Source: Schmidtea polychroa
Taxonomy: Eukaryota
DNA: 64,000 nucleotides
Reading direction: 5' to 3'
Assembly: GCA_044892525.1 (NCBI GenBank)
Contig: CM097885.1
Span: 41,666,001 to 41,730,000, forward strand
How positions within the stretch are numbered: position 1 is the first letter of the stretch; each line of letters starts with the position of its first letter. A program made the position numbers and the translations under genes. The notes below the pieces were generated by a model. The model saw only the letters and a list, made by a program, of their open reading frames with translations, was not told the DNA's origin and ran no database searches. This document shows, piece after piece, positions 13,120 through 25,442 of the stretch.

Positions 13120-13370
13120 ATAAGAGTGATTCTATGTGATTTATTCGGTCCATTGTTTTTTTACCGGATATCCTTAGCTAACTTTTATTGATACTCTGAA
13201 GGTGCTTGTTGAAGAAGGATATGATAGAGTTTTTCTATAATGTGGATGAAACCGGTTTAGATTGGAAAAGACTTTCTTAAAATCTTCAACATTCTGATGC
13301 TGCAATAAGGTCCTGTGGTCATCCATTAGGTAAACACAGACTTCCGTTGTTTCTTGTTTGCCAATCGTAT
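13120..13370 (+). mobile_element. pogo/Tigger-type transposase remnant
   Basis: FFYNVDETGLDWKRL and GKHRLPLFLV motifs of pogo DDE_1 transposases, with stops. Confidence 0.6.
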
Positions 13371-13627
13371 GTGAAAAAATAATTATTGGGAACCTTGAAC
13401 CGATTTATTAAATAAATCATTTTGGTATATTTCTTTATCTATCTTTTCAATAAATCACTCGAGTGCACATCAAAAAATATGACAAATTGTTAGCTATTTT
13501 ATTTTTCATTGATCTTACCCTTTATTTTCAAGTTTTAGTTTATTTATAAATGTGAAAACTATTTCGGAAAAGAGAAGCTATAAATTCAAATTTTACCACA
13601 TAATTGTTTACATTTGATCCAAATTAG

Positions 13628-13905
13628 GTATACAGGATCGAACCACTAATCAACGAATATTATTCCAAAATTAAACCAGTAATAATACAAAGACCATTTG
13701 CTGAAGGTACTCTCCCTCTGCCATCTATGTCTCATCGTCTATTATACCAACCAATAATTGATGATGTAATTATCATTGGAATTTATTAGAGTATACCTAT
13801 TCATTTTATAGGGAACTCCTTACAAAAGTTGGGATAAAAGATTTGTTTCTTCTGAAATTCCTGAATTTTATAATGTCGAATATAGTGATGATGAAAATAT
13901 GGCAG
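13628..13905 (+). CDS. DDHD-domain gene exons 13628-13765 and 13812-13905
   Basis: AG|VYRIEPLINEYYSKIKPVII (compare DDHD1 AYRLEPLILKHYSNISPVQI), a 46-nt GT-AG intron, then open exon GTPYKSWDKRF...ENMA. Confidence 0.75.
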
Positions 13906-14329
13906 GTTGTAATTTTTTATCATAAATCTGTAGACAGAAATTTAATTTAAATGATGCGCTATTGAAATCTAGGCAGTAACTTATATACACCTATTTCCGA
14001 AAGTTAACATAGTCTATAATCTAAAAATATAAAGAAAGTTATATTATAGGAACACACAAACTTACCTGTGTGTAAAAATTTAATGCTTCGGAAGTTAACA
14101 TATTTATTATAGGAATCGAAAACGTGACAGAAAAATAATTAAAAATACAAATATAAGCGTTTTTTCCGAAATTAAATATTGTTAACATATTATTATTTTT
14201 AATTAATTAAAAAATGATGGGGGACAATTTTTTTATCTAGAATCGGACAACTCTACTTTGGTCTCTAAAAAACATTGTACGATTTATTTATAAAATATTT
14301 TTGAAGTTAATATTTCTTTAGATTTTCAG

Positions 14330-17300
14330 ATATTTCTCTGGAAACGCTAACTTTTTGCCAAGGTGAAGATCTGACAATGTAAGATTTATTTATTAAAATA
14401 CAATACATTAAATTAAAAAGAAATCAATTCATAGAATTACAGAAAATGACAAATCTCGGCTTAAATTTAAAAAACTATTTTATCCATGTACGCTGCTTCT
14501 TTCCTATTTGTATTAAAAAAAATAACTGTCTTCGGTGATTAATTTATTTATTTGTAGTTAAAAATATATCTAACTTACATTTTATCGAAATAATTTCAAA
14601 TAAATTCATAAAATTCCTAAAAACACCTGAAATTTAATTATCAATATTTTATATTATAAATGCTGACTAAAAGTAATATTTAAGAACTTGAATAATGAGC
14701 CCATAATTATATAAAATTAAAATTCAAGTCTTAAAAGTTACTTAAAATTTAAAAACTTACCTGAAAATGATTTTTGAAAAATTGAAAAAATGAAATTTAG
14801 TAAACATTGTCACACAAATGGTGTGCACACCAACGTGCATTATAAACAATGATAACTTTCGGAATTAGGTGTATTGAATTAAGAATTTTGTGAAAAACAG
14901 TCAATTTATGAGATTTACAGTCTCGAAAAATATATTGATTATAAGATGGTGCCTCATGGTCGATGAGATAATCAGACATTATGAGACTCTCAACATCAAC
15001 TCAAATTTCATTTATATATTTAACAGTTGATTAATTTTAATTTGCGTCATATGGAGTTATTATTACTATTGTTTATCATTTGCCCGATTTTTATAGTTTC
15101 ATTTTTTGAATAAATACTGAATGATAATTATTAAATTAAATTATTTATCAATTCTCTTTAGTAAGTCTTTAAATAAAAAAATTGCAATTTATAAAAATTG
15201 TGCATAATAATATTTTTTAAATTTGTAAAGTCTTTATTCTCTATCTATGTCGGTGATTTAGCTTTATATTATCTAAGTGAATTTATTATTTGAAAAGAAT
15301 TGTTTCGAGTTTATTTTGTTTAACCCTTTAGTGCCCAAATTCCCAAAACTGTTGAACCAACAGTCACGACAAATATGTATATCACTGCTGCACACTACTC
15401 CTAACTATATGTGTTCCCTACAAGTACCAATATCGAGGAGGGGTGAATTACGCTCAAATGACTAAATTATGGAAGAAAACAACAGCAAAACTTTTAAGTA
15501 CCGTTAGGCACTAAAGAGTTAATCATATCTTTTAAATGCCATATTTTTTTTAAATGCCACCATAAATTAAGATATAATATAAGACATAATAAAATTATAC
15601 ATAGAAAAATAAAACACTTGAAATAAGGATAAGTATTAAAAACATTTGCATAAATTACGCCTGTTTGCATGGAATAATAACATCTATAATATTAAAAAAA
15701 ACAATTATCTAAATAAATGGAAACACACAAACTTACCCGTATGTTGAATTTTAATGTTTCACGAATAATAACTGTTTCGGCCGATTGTGCGTCTTGTGGT
15801 TGCATCTGTGTGCGCTTTCGGTTTGGCTATAATTCTTATTCGTGTCAGTGTGCGCATGCTTTATGAATTAATTGGAATTTCGAATTCTTGTATTTGATTT
15901 TTGAATTGAAGTAATTGGAATTAAAATTGTGATTTATTATTGAATTTATTGGAATATGAATTAATAATATAATGATTTCTCTTGGATTGAATTTTAATAT
16001 TTGCAATAAATTTAATGGAAACAATGAATTTAATACATTTGCATCTCAAGTAGAAATTGCCACATTGTTGAGCCTTATGATCAATGCTTTCTATTCCAAC
16101 AATTAAATAATTATTCGTGAATTAAATTCAAATTTTGGCGATACATTAGACAAAATTTAGACACAAAAATTTAACAGATTCATCATTTCTCGACACTGCA
16201 AAGGATTTAATGATTAAAATTATTCCCGATAACGATGTTGGGACTTTAAATATTATTGACACTGGAATCGAAATGACAAAGGTAGATTTGATTAACAATT
16301 TGAGAACAATTGCAAGATCTGGACTCTAAGGCAGTCATGAAAGGCTGGAGCTGATATTTCAATGATAGGAAATTTTGGTGTAGGTTTCTACTCATCTTAT
16401 TCGGTAGCAGACAAAGTACATGTTATATCAAAATGCACAAACATTCAGGTTGTTGAAAATATAATTGACAGAAATAATAACATATATTATAGAAATTGAG
16501 AAAGTGGTAGAAAAAACTCTTTAATACATAAACACAGCATATAGTAAAATTACTTTTATTTATTCAGTCTGAAATTTTATTTATTTTTAATTTAATCCTT
16601 CTACTTTAATATTCTAATTTTAAAATAAAATTTAAATTTTATTTTTTAACTAATATTAAAATTTTTAAAAATATATATTTTTATTTATAATAATAATTAT
16701 TAATATAAAACAGCCCAAAGTACTTGTAAAATCTCTATAGCTGTATTTTCTGTAAAATATTTTAATGTGAACCGTTTTGTTTAATAAAAATTTAAAATAT
16801 TGTACAGAAAGAAATCAATTCGTTTTAATTTTTATAAAACATGCTTATAATTTATGAATAATAATTATCTATATCTATAAATAATTTAGAAAATCTAATA
16901 AAAAGTTTTAGTAATGCTGGATTGGAAACTAAAGAAACTTACGAAATGCATTCCTCTAAATCATCTATGGTTAGTCAGAAATTCCTATACAATTTGATTT
17001 ACAAATTTTGAAAGAGGTACTTAACTCAAAATCATTGCATTTTCCTGTTTTTAAAGCTCGTTAACTTCATGCGATTAGGCGTATTTCTGAAAGTAGCAGT
17101 CAGTTCACATGCACTAAAAATTCAAAGTTATAAATTTCTCAAATCAGTTTTGGCACAATATGGCTCATATAAATTATATTATACAAAAATATATCTTTTT
17201 TAGATGATGCATATATGTGACATAAACCGTTAACAAGTTAATTAGTAATTATTATTTGTAAAATGATATTTCAATAATAAATTAAGTCTTTTCTTGCGAA

Positions 17301-17989
17301 GTATATATTTAATAAAACGAAAGAATTTTCAACTATAAAAATAGTCCTTTTCAATTTGTTTAACATTTAATTAATGCTGCTACCAAGAATTCATCACTTT
17401 GAATATTTGGAAGCATAGCGACAACGAAACTTGTACAACAAAGTCATCTCCACATCATGACAACAAATTATTTGTGGAAATATCATGGTCAGATTTCAAT
17501 ATTTCAATATTTCTGTAATATTAAATAATAATAAATTTGAAACCATTCCATTTGAATCAGGTTCAATGGTTAAAGAATTTCCAGTTGGAGTATTCTATAA
17601 GCATTTCGTTCCGTACATCTCCGAACGAAACCTAAACAGTATGGTTTTGGTCCTTTCGTTCTCAAATATATTATTTCGATTTCGTTTTCGGGAATGAAAA
17701 TTAATATTTTTAATATCAATAATATAATAAAAGATTTTTAAATAATGAATTTTATGATCTGTGAGTGTCCACTAGCTTGTAGTAATCTATGGCTTCTTAA
17801 GTTTGAAATCTATACATTATTTCTAATTGAACTGTTTTGACTACACTAAAAATTTTTAATTAACTCTTTTAGAGGGGAAAACCGACCACTAATTTCTATT
17901 ATCAAAAAAACATGAATATCATTGAAAGGAGGAATGATTCCAATGTTGTCTATACTATTAAAGCTGTATCCCTCCAAGATTCAATATCA
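14330..17989 (+). CDS. Probable further DDHD-gene exons 14330-14378, 16912-16969, 17873-17989
   Basis: Each is AG/GT bounded, stop-free and phase-compatible with the previous one (1, 2, 0). No conserved motif, so tentative. Confidence 0.5.
15324..15518. mobile_element. piggyBac-type MITE
   Basis: TTAA|CCCTTTAGTGCCCAA ... TTAGGCACTAAAGAG|TTAA: 15-bp TIR with 2 mismatches and TTAA on both sides. Confidence 0.85.
15773..16476 (+). mobile_element. TG-ended insertion carrying an HSP90 fragment
   Basis: Starts TGTTTCGGCC, ends GACAGAAATA (7/10 inverted match), flanked by ATAAC on both sides. It interrupts a repeat whose uninterrupted paralogue is at about 14050-14130. Confidence 0.55.
16014..16435 (+). 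pseudogene. HSP90: HSP90 N-terminal fragment, copy 2 (stops and frameshifts)
   Basis: [32 protein letters not shown]...[24 protein letters not shown]...[30 protein letters not shown]. Confidence 0.9.
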
Positions 17990-18168
17990 GTGAGTCAAAT
18001 ATAATATTAATAATAATAATAATAATATTATTTGTTATGATTTGACATAATGATTTAACAAAATTCAAATATTTATTCTATCACAATTCTTAATTATTTA
18101 AACAAAATTAAATTAATATTTTGTTAAAAGGGTTTTTTGTGATTAATGCTTTTCTAATCACAACATTA

Positions 18169-18308
<140 letters not shown>

Positions 18309-19395
18309 TTAAACAATAAAGTGATAATTTTAGCCTTTTGCTGCGAATAATGCATTTAATGAAAAAAATTTCGACTATAAGATTGCCCTTGTCAATCTCC
18401 TGGAATTTAGCAATCTTCTTCCCGAAAATAATTTCTATCTATTTTGATTTCTACATCCTATCTTTTGAAAGTATATTTCATAAATTTTTTTTATATTATT
18501 TTAATTATTACTTTTTTTAATTTATTATACTTTTTATATATTATCAGTTATATCAGTTAAAAAACATCGTCTATTGCATAACGTGCAATTTATGCAATGA
18601 TATCTACATTGGAAGTACACCAAAGAGTTAAAGAACATCTAGATCCTGGTGAAAAATCCTCGATAAACAGACATCTCCAACAATGTTAACCAACAGAGGA
18701 AAGAAAAAATATTTCAAACGAAATCATAGCTAATGGAAACATATCAAAAAAATGTCAGATTCAAAGAAGCAATTCTCATCATAGACGGCAAAAAATCAAC
18801 ACTAAAGAAGAAATCAATGAAATCATCAATTTGATCTGTTGTCATTGAACTTAACTGATAATGAGAATAATGAGAATAACTGATAATATATAAAAAATAT
18901 AATAAATTTAAAAAAGTAATAATTAAAATAATATAAAAAATTTTATGAAATATACTTTCAAGATAGGATTTAAAAATCAAAATTGGCACATTTATTGAAA
19001 TATTTAAATAGCGTATATAAATAGTTATTGGAGACTTTATTTTAAAATATTTTGAAATATTTTATTAGGCTTCTAGAAGCTAATTATAGAAGGTTTAAAA
19101 ATTTTAAAAATTTTTAGTTTGGGTCATTTTAAATTTTAAATGATATTTATTTTATTTTAATTTTAATTTTAATTTTAAATAAAATTTTTAAAAAAATTCA
19201 GAAAAAGAAAGTATATATTATATTATATTATATTTATAACCAATGAGAATTAAGAAGATTGCTTAATTCCAGGAGATTGATAATGACTATCTTATAATCG
19301 AAATTTTTTCATTGAATACATTATTCGCAGCAAAAGGCTTAAATTATCACTTTATTGTTTTAAATAATAAATGGTGCTACCAAGAAATCATCACT
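18309..19395 (+). mobile_element. 5'-truncated Penelope-like element: inverted pLTR, GIY-YIG remnant, direct pLTR, within (TTA)n
   Basis: 18560-18850 reads KNIVYCITCNLCNDIYIGST/HQRVKEHL...FKEAILI...INTKEE. 18309-18560 is the reverse complement of parts of 18850-19365. (TTA)n tracts flank both sides. Confidence 0.8.
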
Positions 19396-19420
19396 TTATT
19401 ATTATTATTATTATTATTAC

Positions 19421-19518
<98 letters not shown>

Positions 19519-19849
19519 CTATTGCTAATTTTATAAAAATTGTAATGTTTAAATTATTTTTAGAGAGGAAGCAATTATAATGAAAATTCATTAACGAATA
19601 CGGGCGACAGAAATAAAATGCAAGGCCTAAACAACATGAATTTTGTAAGTCGTAGAAAATTTGAACTTTGATGTTAGATTTCTCATCTCAATTTTTAAAA
19701 ATAAAAATATGATTATCTTACATATAATCTACTAAAATATCCATTTTATCAAAATCTAAAACCATGGACCCCGTATTATCATTTCAATGGTGTCAGAAAT
19801 TACAAGGTAATGTTTATAGTCCCCGTTAACTTTATGACAAACTAGCAAT

Positions 19850-20805
19850 TCATTTACAGAGTCCAAATCATAATGTTTGTATTTATTAACAATTTTGCAA
19901 GTTTTTTTATCATATTATTAAGTCTGACATTGAATTTCTTAGATAATTTTTAACTCTTTTTAAACAGGAACTTTCAACATTCGGAAAAGTTGCTTTCATA
20001 TCTAATGCCTTTTTGTATATATTATCCATTGATTGTTTGTCTTCTTCATCTAAAAATATTAAAAACTGTTCGGACTCATCTTTAAAATTACTTGAATCAA
20101 TGCCATCTTTGTACATTTCTATTAAATTATTAACGTATTTTTTCTCCTCTTCTACACACAAGTTAAACACGAAAAAAACTTTAAAATTATTTATAACATT
20201 TTCATCGATTTGTCCACCCCTGTTCAGTTCTGCTATTAAATGATCGCATATTACGTAAAATACATTATGTAGGAAAAAATCTTTTCGATAATCTGTACAT
20301 CTTTTCTTGCGACCATCTTCAAATGATTTGTCTGTAAGTTCTTTCACTTCTGATTCTATTTCGATGAAATTATGTCTAATTTTTTCATTAATAAAAGTTT
20401 CTAGACTTTTCAATAATGACGCACCTTTAACAATTGTGCAGTCAATAGATTGTAAAGATTTACTTGTTGCATTGATTCGTTGCAAAATTTTATTCCGTTG
20501 CGCAGGCGCTACAAATATAATTAATATTGTTTATCATTAATCATATGCATTTTAAATAAACGAAATATTAAATGCCATATTTAGTTATAACTTATAACTT
20601 CTTGTTTCATTAAAACATGTCTTATCAGTTTTACAGATCAGTATTTAAAAAATAATCTTAAAATAGTAGCCTTGTATGTAATTAAAATTGCACATATGAA
20701 ACCTAACTTGTCATTAAAAAGTGTAAAATTATATTTTTTGTGGGGCCCCCTAGATGTCGGGCACCGGGTGCACGCTCCCGACGCACGTGCGTAAATCCGC
20801 CTCTG
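19850..20805 (-). mobile_element. Internally deleted hAT element (ZMYM1-like transposase piece)
   Basis: Minus strand starts CAGAGGCGGATTTA with GC-rich subterminal sequence. ORF 19910-20485 carries SKSLQS...FPNVE..LKRVKNYLRNSMS, hAT C-terminal motifs. Confidence 0.7.
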
Positions 20806-20862
20806 TTTTTATGGAATACAAATTATTCGGAAAGGTTGTAGAATGAAATTATTCTTGTAAAG

Positions 20863-20939
20863 GGATGCACTGCATATAAGATATTCTTCTGCAGTGCCAT
20901 GTCCGACGTTCGTGGATTATTATTTGAAAGAAAATTCAG
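20863..20939 (+). CDS. Candidate DDHD-gene exon
   Basis: ...PTFVDYYLKENS then a GT donor, resembling the DDHD RIDY/FxLxE motif. The acceptor (20862 or 20894) and the linking exon are unresolved. Confidence 0.45.
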
Positions 20940-21092
20940 GTATATTTAAGTTAGGTTAACTTTAAATTTAAAAGTCTACATAAAATTTTAAGTAAGGCTA
21001 AATTAAATATAATTCTTAAATTATAAAGTTACGATTAAATTAAAAGTTTGAGTATATTAAGTTTTAATTCTTAATTTTTAGTTACGCTTAAG

Positions 21093-22215
21093 CAGTGCCG
21101 TTCCTGCGTTGCTGGCCGCTCAGGTGCAAAAACAATATTGGTGCCCGTATTAATTTAATTTTTTGATTAGAATTTGCTGATGTGCGGATCACCCGATGGG
21201 GATTATTAAATTGTAAAAATTAACCCTTATGGAATTGAATATAGAATATGAAAACCTAATAAAAATGAGTGAAGAAAAAGTTTTTATTTATTTACGACAA
21301 CATGCTATATTAAAAAGCAAAGTTTTTTTAATTTTTTTCATAAAATGTAACTAAAATTTGTAAATCAACAAATATGGTTTAATATTTTATTCCAATAAAC
21401 AACAAAAATTATTTAGTTTCATATAAAACAAAGTACCAAAAATAGATTTCACAATTTTACTCTTCTTGCTTTTGCTGAAGCAAAATCATCAATTACTTGG
21501 GATAAGTTTAAATTCTCACAAATATCTTTTTTTTATCGATAACAAAGCAAGATTGGTTAGCCTTTCTTCTGACATCGATGACCTGAGATAAGTTTTTATT
21601 AATTTTAGCTTAGAAAAGCTTCTTTCTCCAGATGCTACAGTTACAGGCAGTGTTAAAAAATTCTTAACGCTATAGAAAAATTTGGAAATGAGGATATTAA
21701 GTCGTTTTGTATGATGTAATTCAAAGTCATTACAGGCTTTGTCGCGGTGGGAAATATTTCCCCAAAAATTAATATTTCGTTAAATAATTCAAAACCATTC
21801 ACGTATTTTTCTATAATGTCCTTAACATTTATTTGTAGAAAAACTTCTAAATCCAAGCAACATTTTTTTTAAATATCTGAATCTAATGAGTGAAAAGAAA
21901 ACAAAAAACCACAGATATTATTACATTGATCTAATAATGTAAATCTTTCCTGTACAAAATTATTCGCTCTATCTATAATACGAAAATAAAAATTAATTTT
22001 AAAGTTTTGTTTAGGATGTTCTACAAACTCATCACATGATTCATATAAAAATTGACGAGGTCTTTTTCTTATACGGGTTTGTGGAAATTCATTTTCTACA
22101 TCAATAACTTGTGCAAGGTTTGTAGCTTCACTTATATATTCATTAAAACTGGCATCGTTTCGTTTTTCATTTAAAAATCTTTTTAAATTACCCAACGCTT
22201 TACTGCATTCATTAA
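21093..22215 (-). mobile_element. hAT remnant with dimerization domain, frameshifted
   Basis: CAGTGCCG terminus at 21093. ORFs 21869-22195 and 21653-21856 continue into LPVTVASGERSFSKLKLIKTYLRSSMSEERLTNLALLS. Confidence 0.85.
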
Positions 22216-23795
22216 TTTTCGAAATTTGGTGAAATAATCAAGAATTTTTTACGAATATTATTTAATATTTTATTATGGAAATTGATTATAAATTGATTAT
22301 TATGTAATTGATTATTGAACTTTACATTGATTATTAATATTTTGATCTTTGACACATTGATATTTTCAAATATATTCTCATTAATGATTCATAATATAAT
22401 AAAATTATTACTTAACTTATACAACTAATTACGATTTCAATAGCAATTTCTATTAGTCTCCCCACCAACCTGTTCCTATCATTACCAAAACTTTACCTTT
22501 CGTACTGTTTCTAGCGCAATCCAGGGTACAAATACTCGTTATCACTCGACACCCGTAGAACAAATGTTGTTAATATATTATATAGGGGAATACTCGGGAA
22601 AACCTACCGCATCTCCTCGAGTATTCGAATGGGTCAGCGGACTACCATTAGGAAGTCTATATCTATCTTTACTTTAGGTTTCAACTATGTAAAATTTTAT
22701 TTCGAATTTCAAAAGGTTTATGAATCCGTGAAATCATTTATGAAAGTTCTTATTTTGATTACCACATGGATGAGATCAATCATGTTTTGGCAGTTCTTCT
22801 GGTATACCGATCTGCTCTAGGCTTCGGCCGGCTTGACCGGTGACTCGAGTTTCCTTCTGTACTCTCTATCAAGCTATTTCTTTCTTTCCCGTTTTGCATC
22901 GACTCGTTGATACTGGCGTTTGGGAACTGGCTCCCATATGCTGTGGCTTACTTGATTAACCGAGAAAAGCTCAAATAATAGTTATATTAAACAAAAATAA
23001 TGGACTGGATAAATTACGGTAGAAAATTAAATGAAAGTTGTACTTAAATTTTAAAAATTAGCGACATTAGTCTTTGAACCGTTGAGTCGCATTGTCTTGA
23101 TTATTTCAAAATCATGCTCTTTATTTGATATATCTCATAGTAAGTTCATTTCTACCACATCACATTGTCTCTATTCTAAATATTCACATATTCAAATATA
23201 AATAAATCAACTACATTATACATTCATCAAAACATTAATCATAGTTTGTCGGTGTGGTGCATCGGCCTGGTCTCTTGAACGTCTATGTGGATTCTGTCAA
23301 TGCGGTGCTTTGGAGTATAATTACCTGGTCAGACGTTCATTCAATCAGGTTCCTTTTCCACTCTGGGTCTGATAGAGGAAGCAATTCACAGTCGGAACTG
23401 GGATGGCCCATGTAGTTGGAACCCTTGATTCCAGGTTTTGACTCGAAAAGTTCTATCTCCATATGTTGCTTACTGTTAGCTAAGTATATCACCAGTATTT
23501 TCTAGCATTTTTATCTTAACTGTTGAGTTTCCGAGGTCACAATTGACGCTCAATCTCGCATTATGTTGATTTCACCTTTTGAAAAGCAACTTTCCTTTTT
23601 AAGTCGATTTTCCTATGACTCTTATGTATGTTAGGTTTACGCTTCAGGTTAGCATATGGACTCATATTGAATATATAATGAAAATTATTAATAATTTTCG
23701 GTGAAAATCGATGTAAAGTGAACAACCCTTTGCTAAATATTATTTCGTTTTCGGTCCTTGAGTAACGATGATTTTCACTTGCTAGACACAAAATA

Positions 23796-24193
23796 CACCA
23801 ATCACTCGCTTTACGAAGTTACACTATAACGTAATTTACAAAAAAAATCAGTCTCTGTTTACAAAAAAAATTCGATTTACGAATTTTTGTTTTTTATGTA
23901 ATTATGGAAATCACAAACGTTTAAATGTTTAATGTTCCTTGAATTATTTATGTAATAGATATAATTTTTTGTTATGAATAAATAAAATGCATAAATATTA
24001 TTTTTGTGTTTGTATTACGAATGGTTTCTTCAATAATATGAATTGATTAGATTTTTTAATTTATGAATTACCGTTTTTATTCAGAATTCTTGGTTTATAT
24101 AACTGATAATTAAAATAAAAATTCGCTTAACGAAATTTCGATTTACGTTCAAATTTTTGGGAACCAATTAATTCTTTAAGCGAGGGATTGGTG
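23796..24193. mobile_element. Tc1/mariner (pogo-like) MITE
   Basis: TA|CACCAATCACTCGCTT ... AAGCGAGGGATTGGTG|TA. Confidence 0.75.
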
Positions 24194-25442
24194 TATTAAA
24201 CAGTATCATAATAAATTACTTAAATAATGCCACTACGAAACTGACTATTATAAAACTTTACTACTCAACCTTTGATACAACTACTAACTGTAATATAACT
24301 GGCTTCTGGCCTAGCTGCACATTTCACTGTGAGATTCACTAAATGTTCTCGAATTTTTAACTCATCTTATCTCAAGTTGCTACCAATTATTACCAACATG
24401 GAAGACCATTGCAAGTAGTATATAGCGTTTTGTCTTAGAACGTCAGATCAAATTAGGAGAGGAGATATTCGTAGCACCCTAATCTTTCAATCTTTTTAGA
24501 AACGACGATAAATTGGACCAAACTGTATTTTATATTTTCTAAATGAAAAAAAAAATTTTGTTTTAATCAACGAATTTTATAAAAAAATAAAAGACAAGCT
24601 CATGAATATTTAGTGTTCTTTTGTAATTTCAATGAAATATATTTATCAAGCCTAAAAACAAATATTTTGATAACATGATAATAAGTAGCAAGATAATTTA
24701 TTACAATTTAAATTTTGTTGTTCGTTTTAATCTGTTTTTATTTTCTTTTTTACTTTCATTACGACAATAAATCATTTTTATTTTCGTTTATAACATTAAT
24801 TTAAATTAATTAAAAAATTCTTTCGTCACAATGAAATAAAATGTGTATAATGAATCAATATGTTGCCTTTTTTAGACATCGTGAAAAAAGGATCTACCAA
24901 AAATTCGTGTTAAATGAAAGAAGAATATTGATAAATAGTCATTAAAAAAGAAATGAAGATAAAATAAATTGTCAAGTGATCAACGGTGAAAAATATAAAA
25001 GATTGAATTGATAAACAATATTTTGTTTACTAATTAGGATTTGTATTTATATTATATAAAATCTGTTTATAAATTTTATTATTCATTTTTTAGAAGATTT
25101 AAGAATACCAGACATAAAATGCACTCAGGGTCAATTTTTCCCATGTGGGCCCCTTAAATGAACCGTAAATAAAGACAAACTACTTTGTACCCGTTAACAG
25201 CTTTCAACGAGTATATTTATTGCAATCGTCCCTTGCTTATACCTATTACGTAATATATTACATAAAAATATTACATAAAATATATCTTCGTGATCGTCTT
25301 AATTTGAAAGGTCAGATTTTCAATTTTGGGAGATAATTTATATATTTTAATTCATTTGGATAAATAATTATAATTAATAAGAGAATTTTATTTTAAGTAA
25401 TTTTTTTTAATTAAAAAACAAATCTAATCACAAAATTCTCGA

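Noticed and set aside
19678..19806. Candidate linking DDHD exon ending at a GTAATG donor
   Set aside because: No acceptor gives a stop-free, phase-compatible frame.
22440..23790. GC-richer segment, possibly retroelement-derived
   Set aside because: No recognisable motif or termini; needs BLASTX or RepeatMasker.
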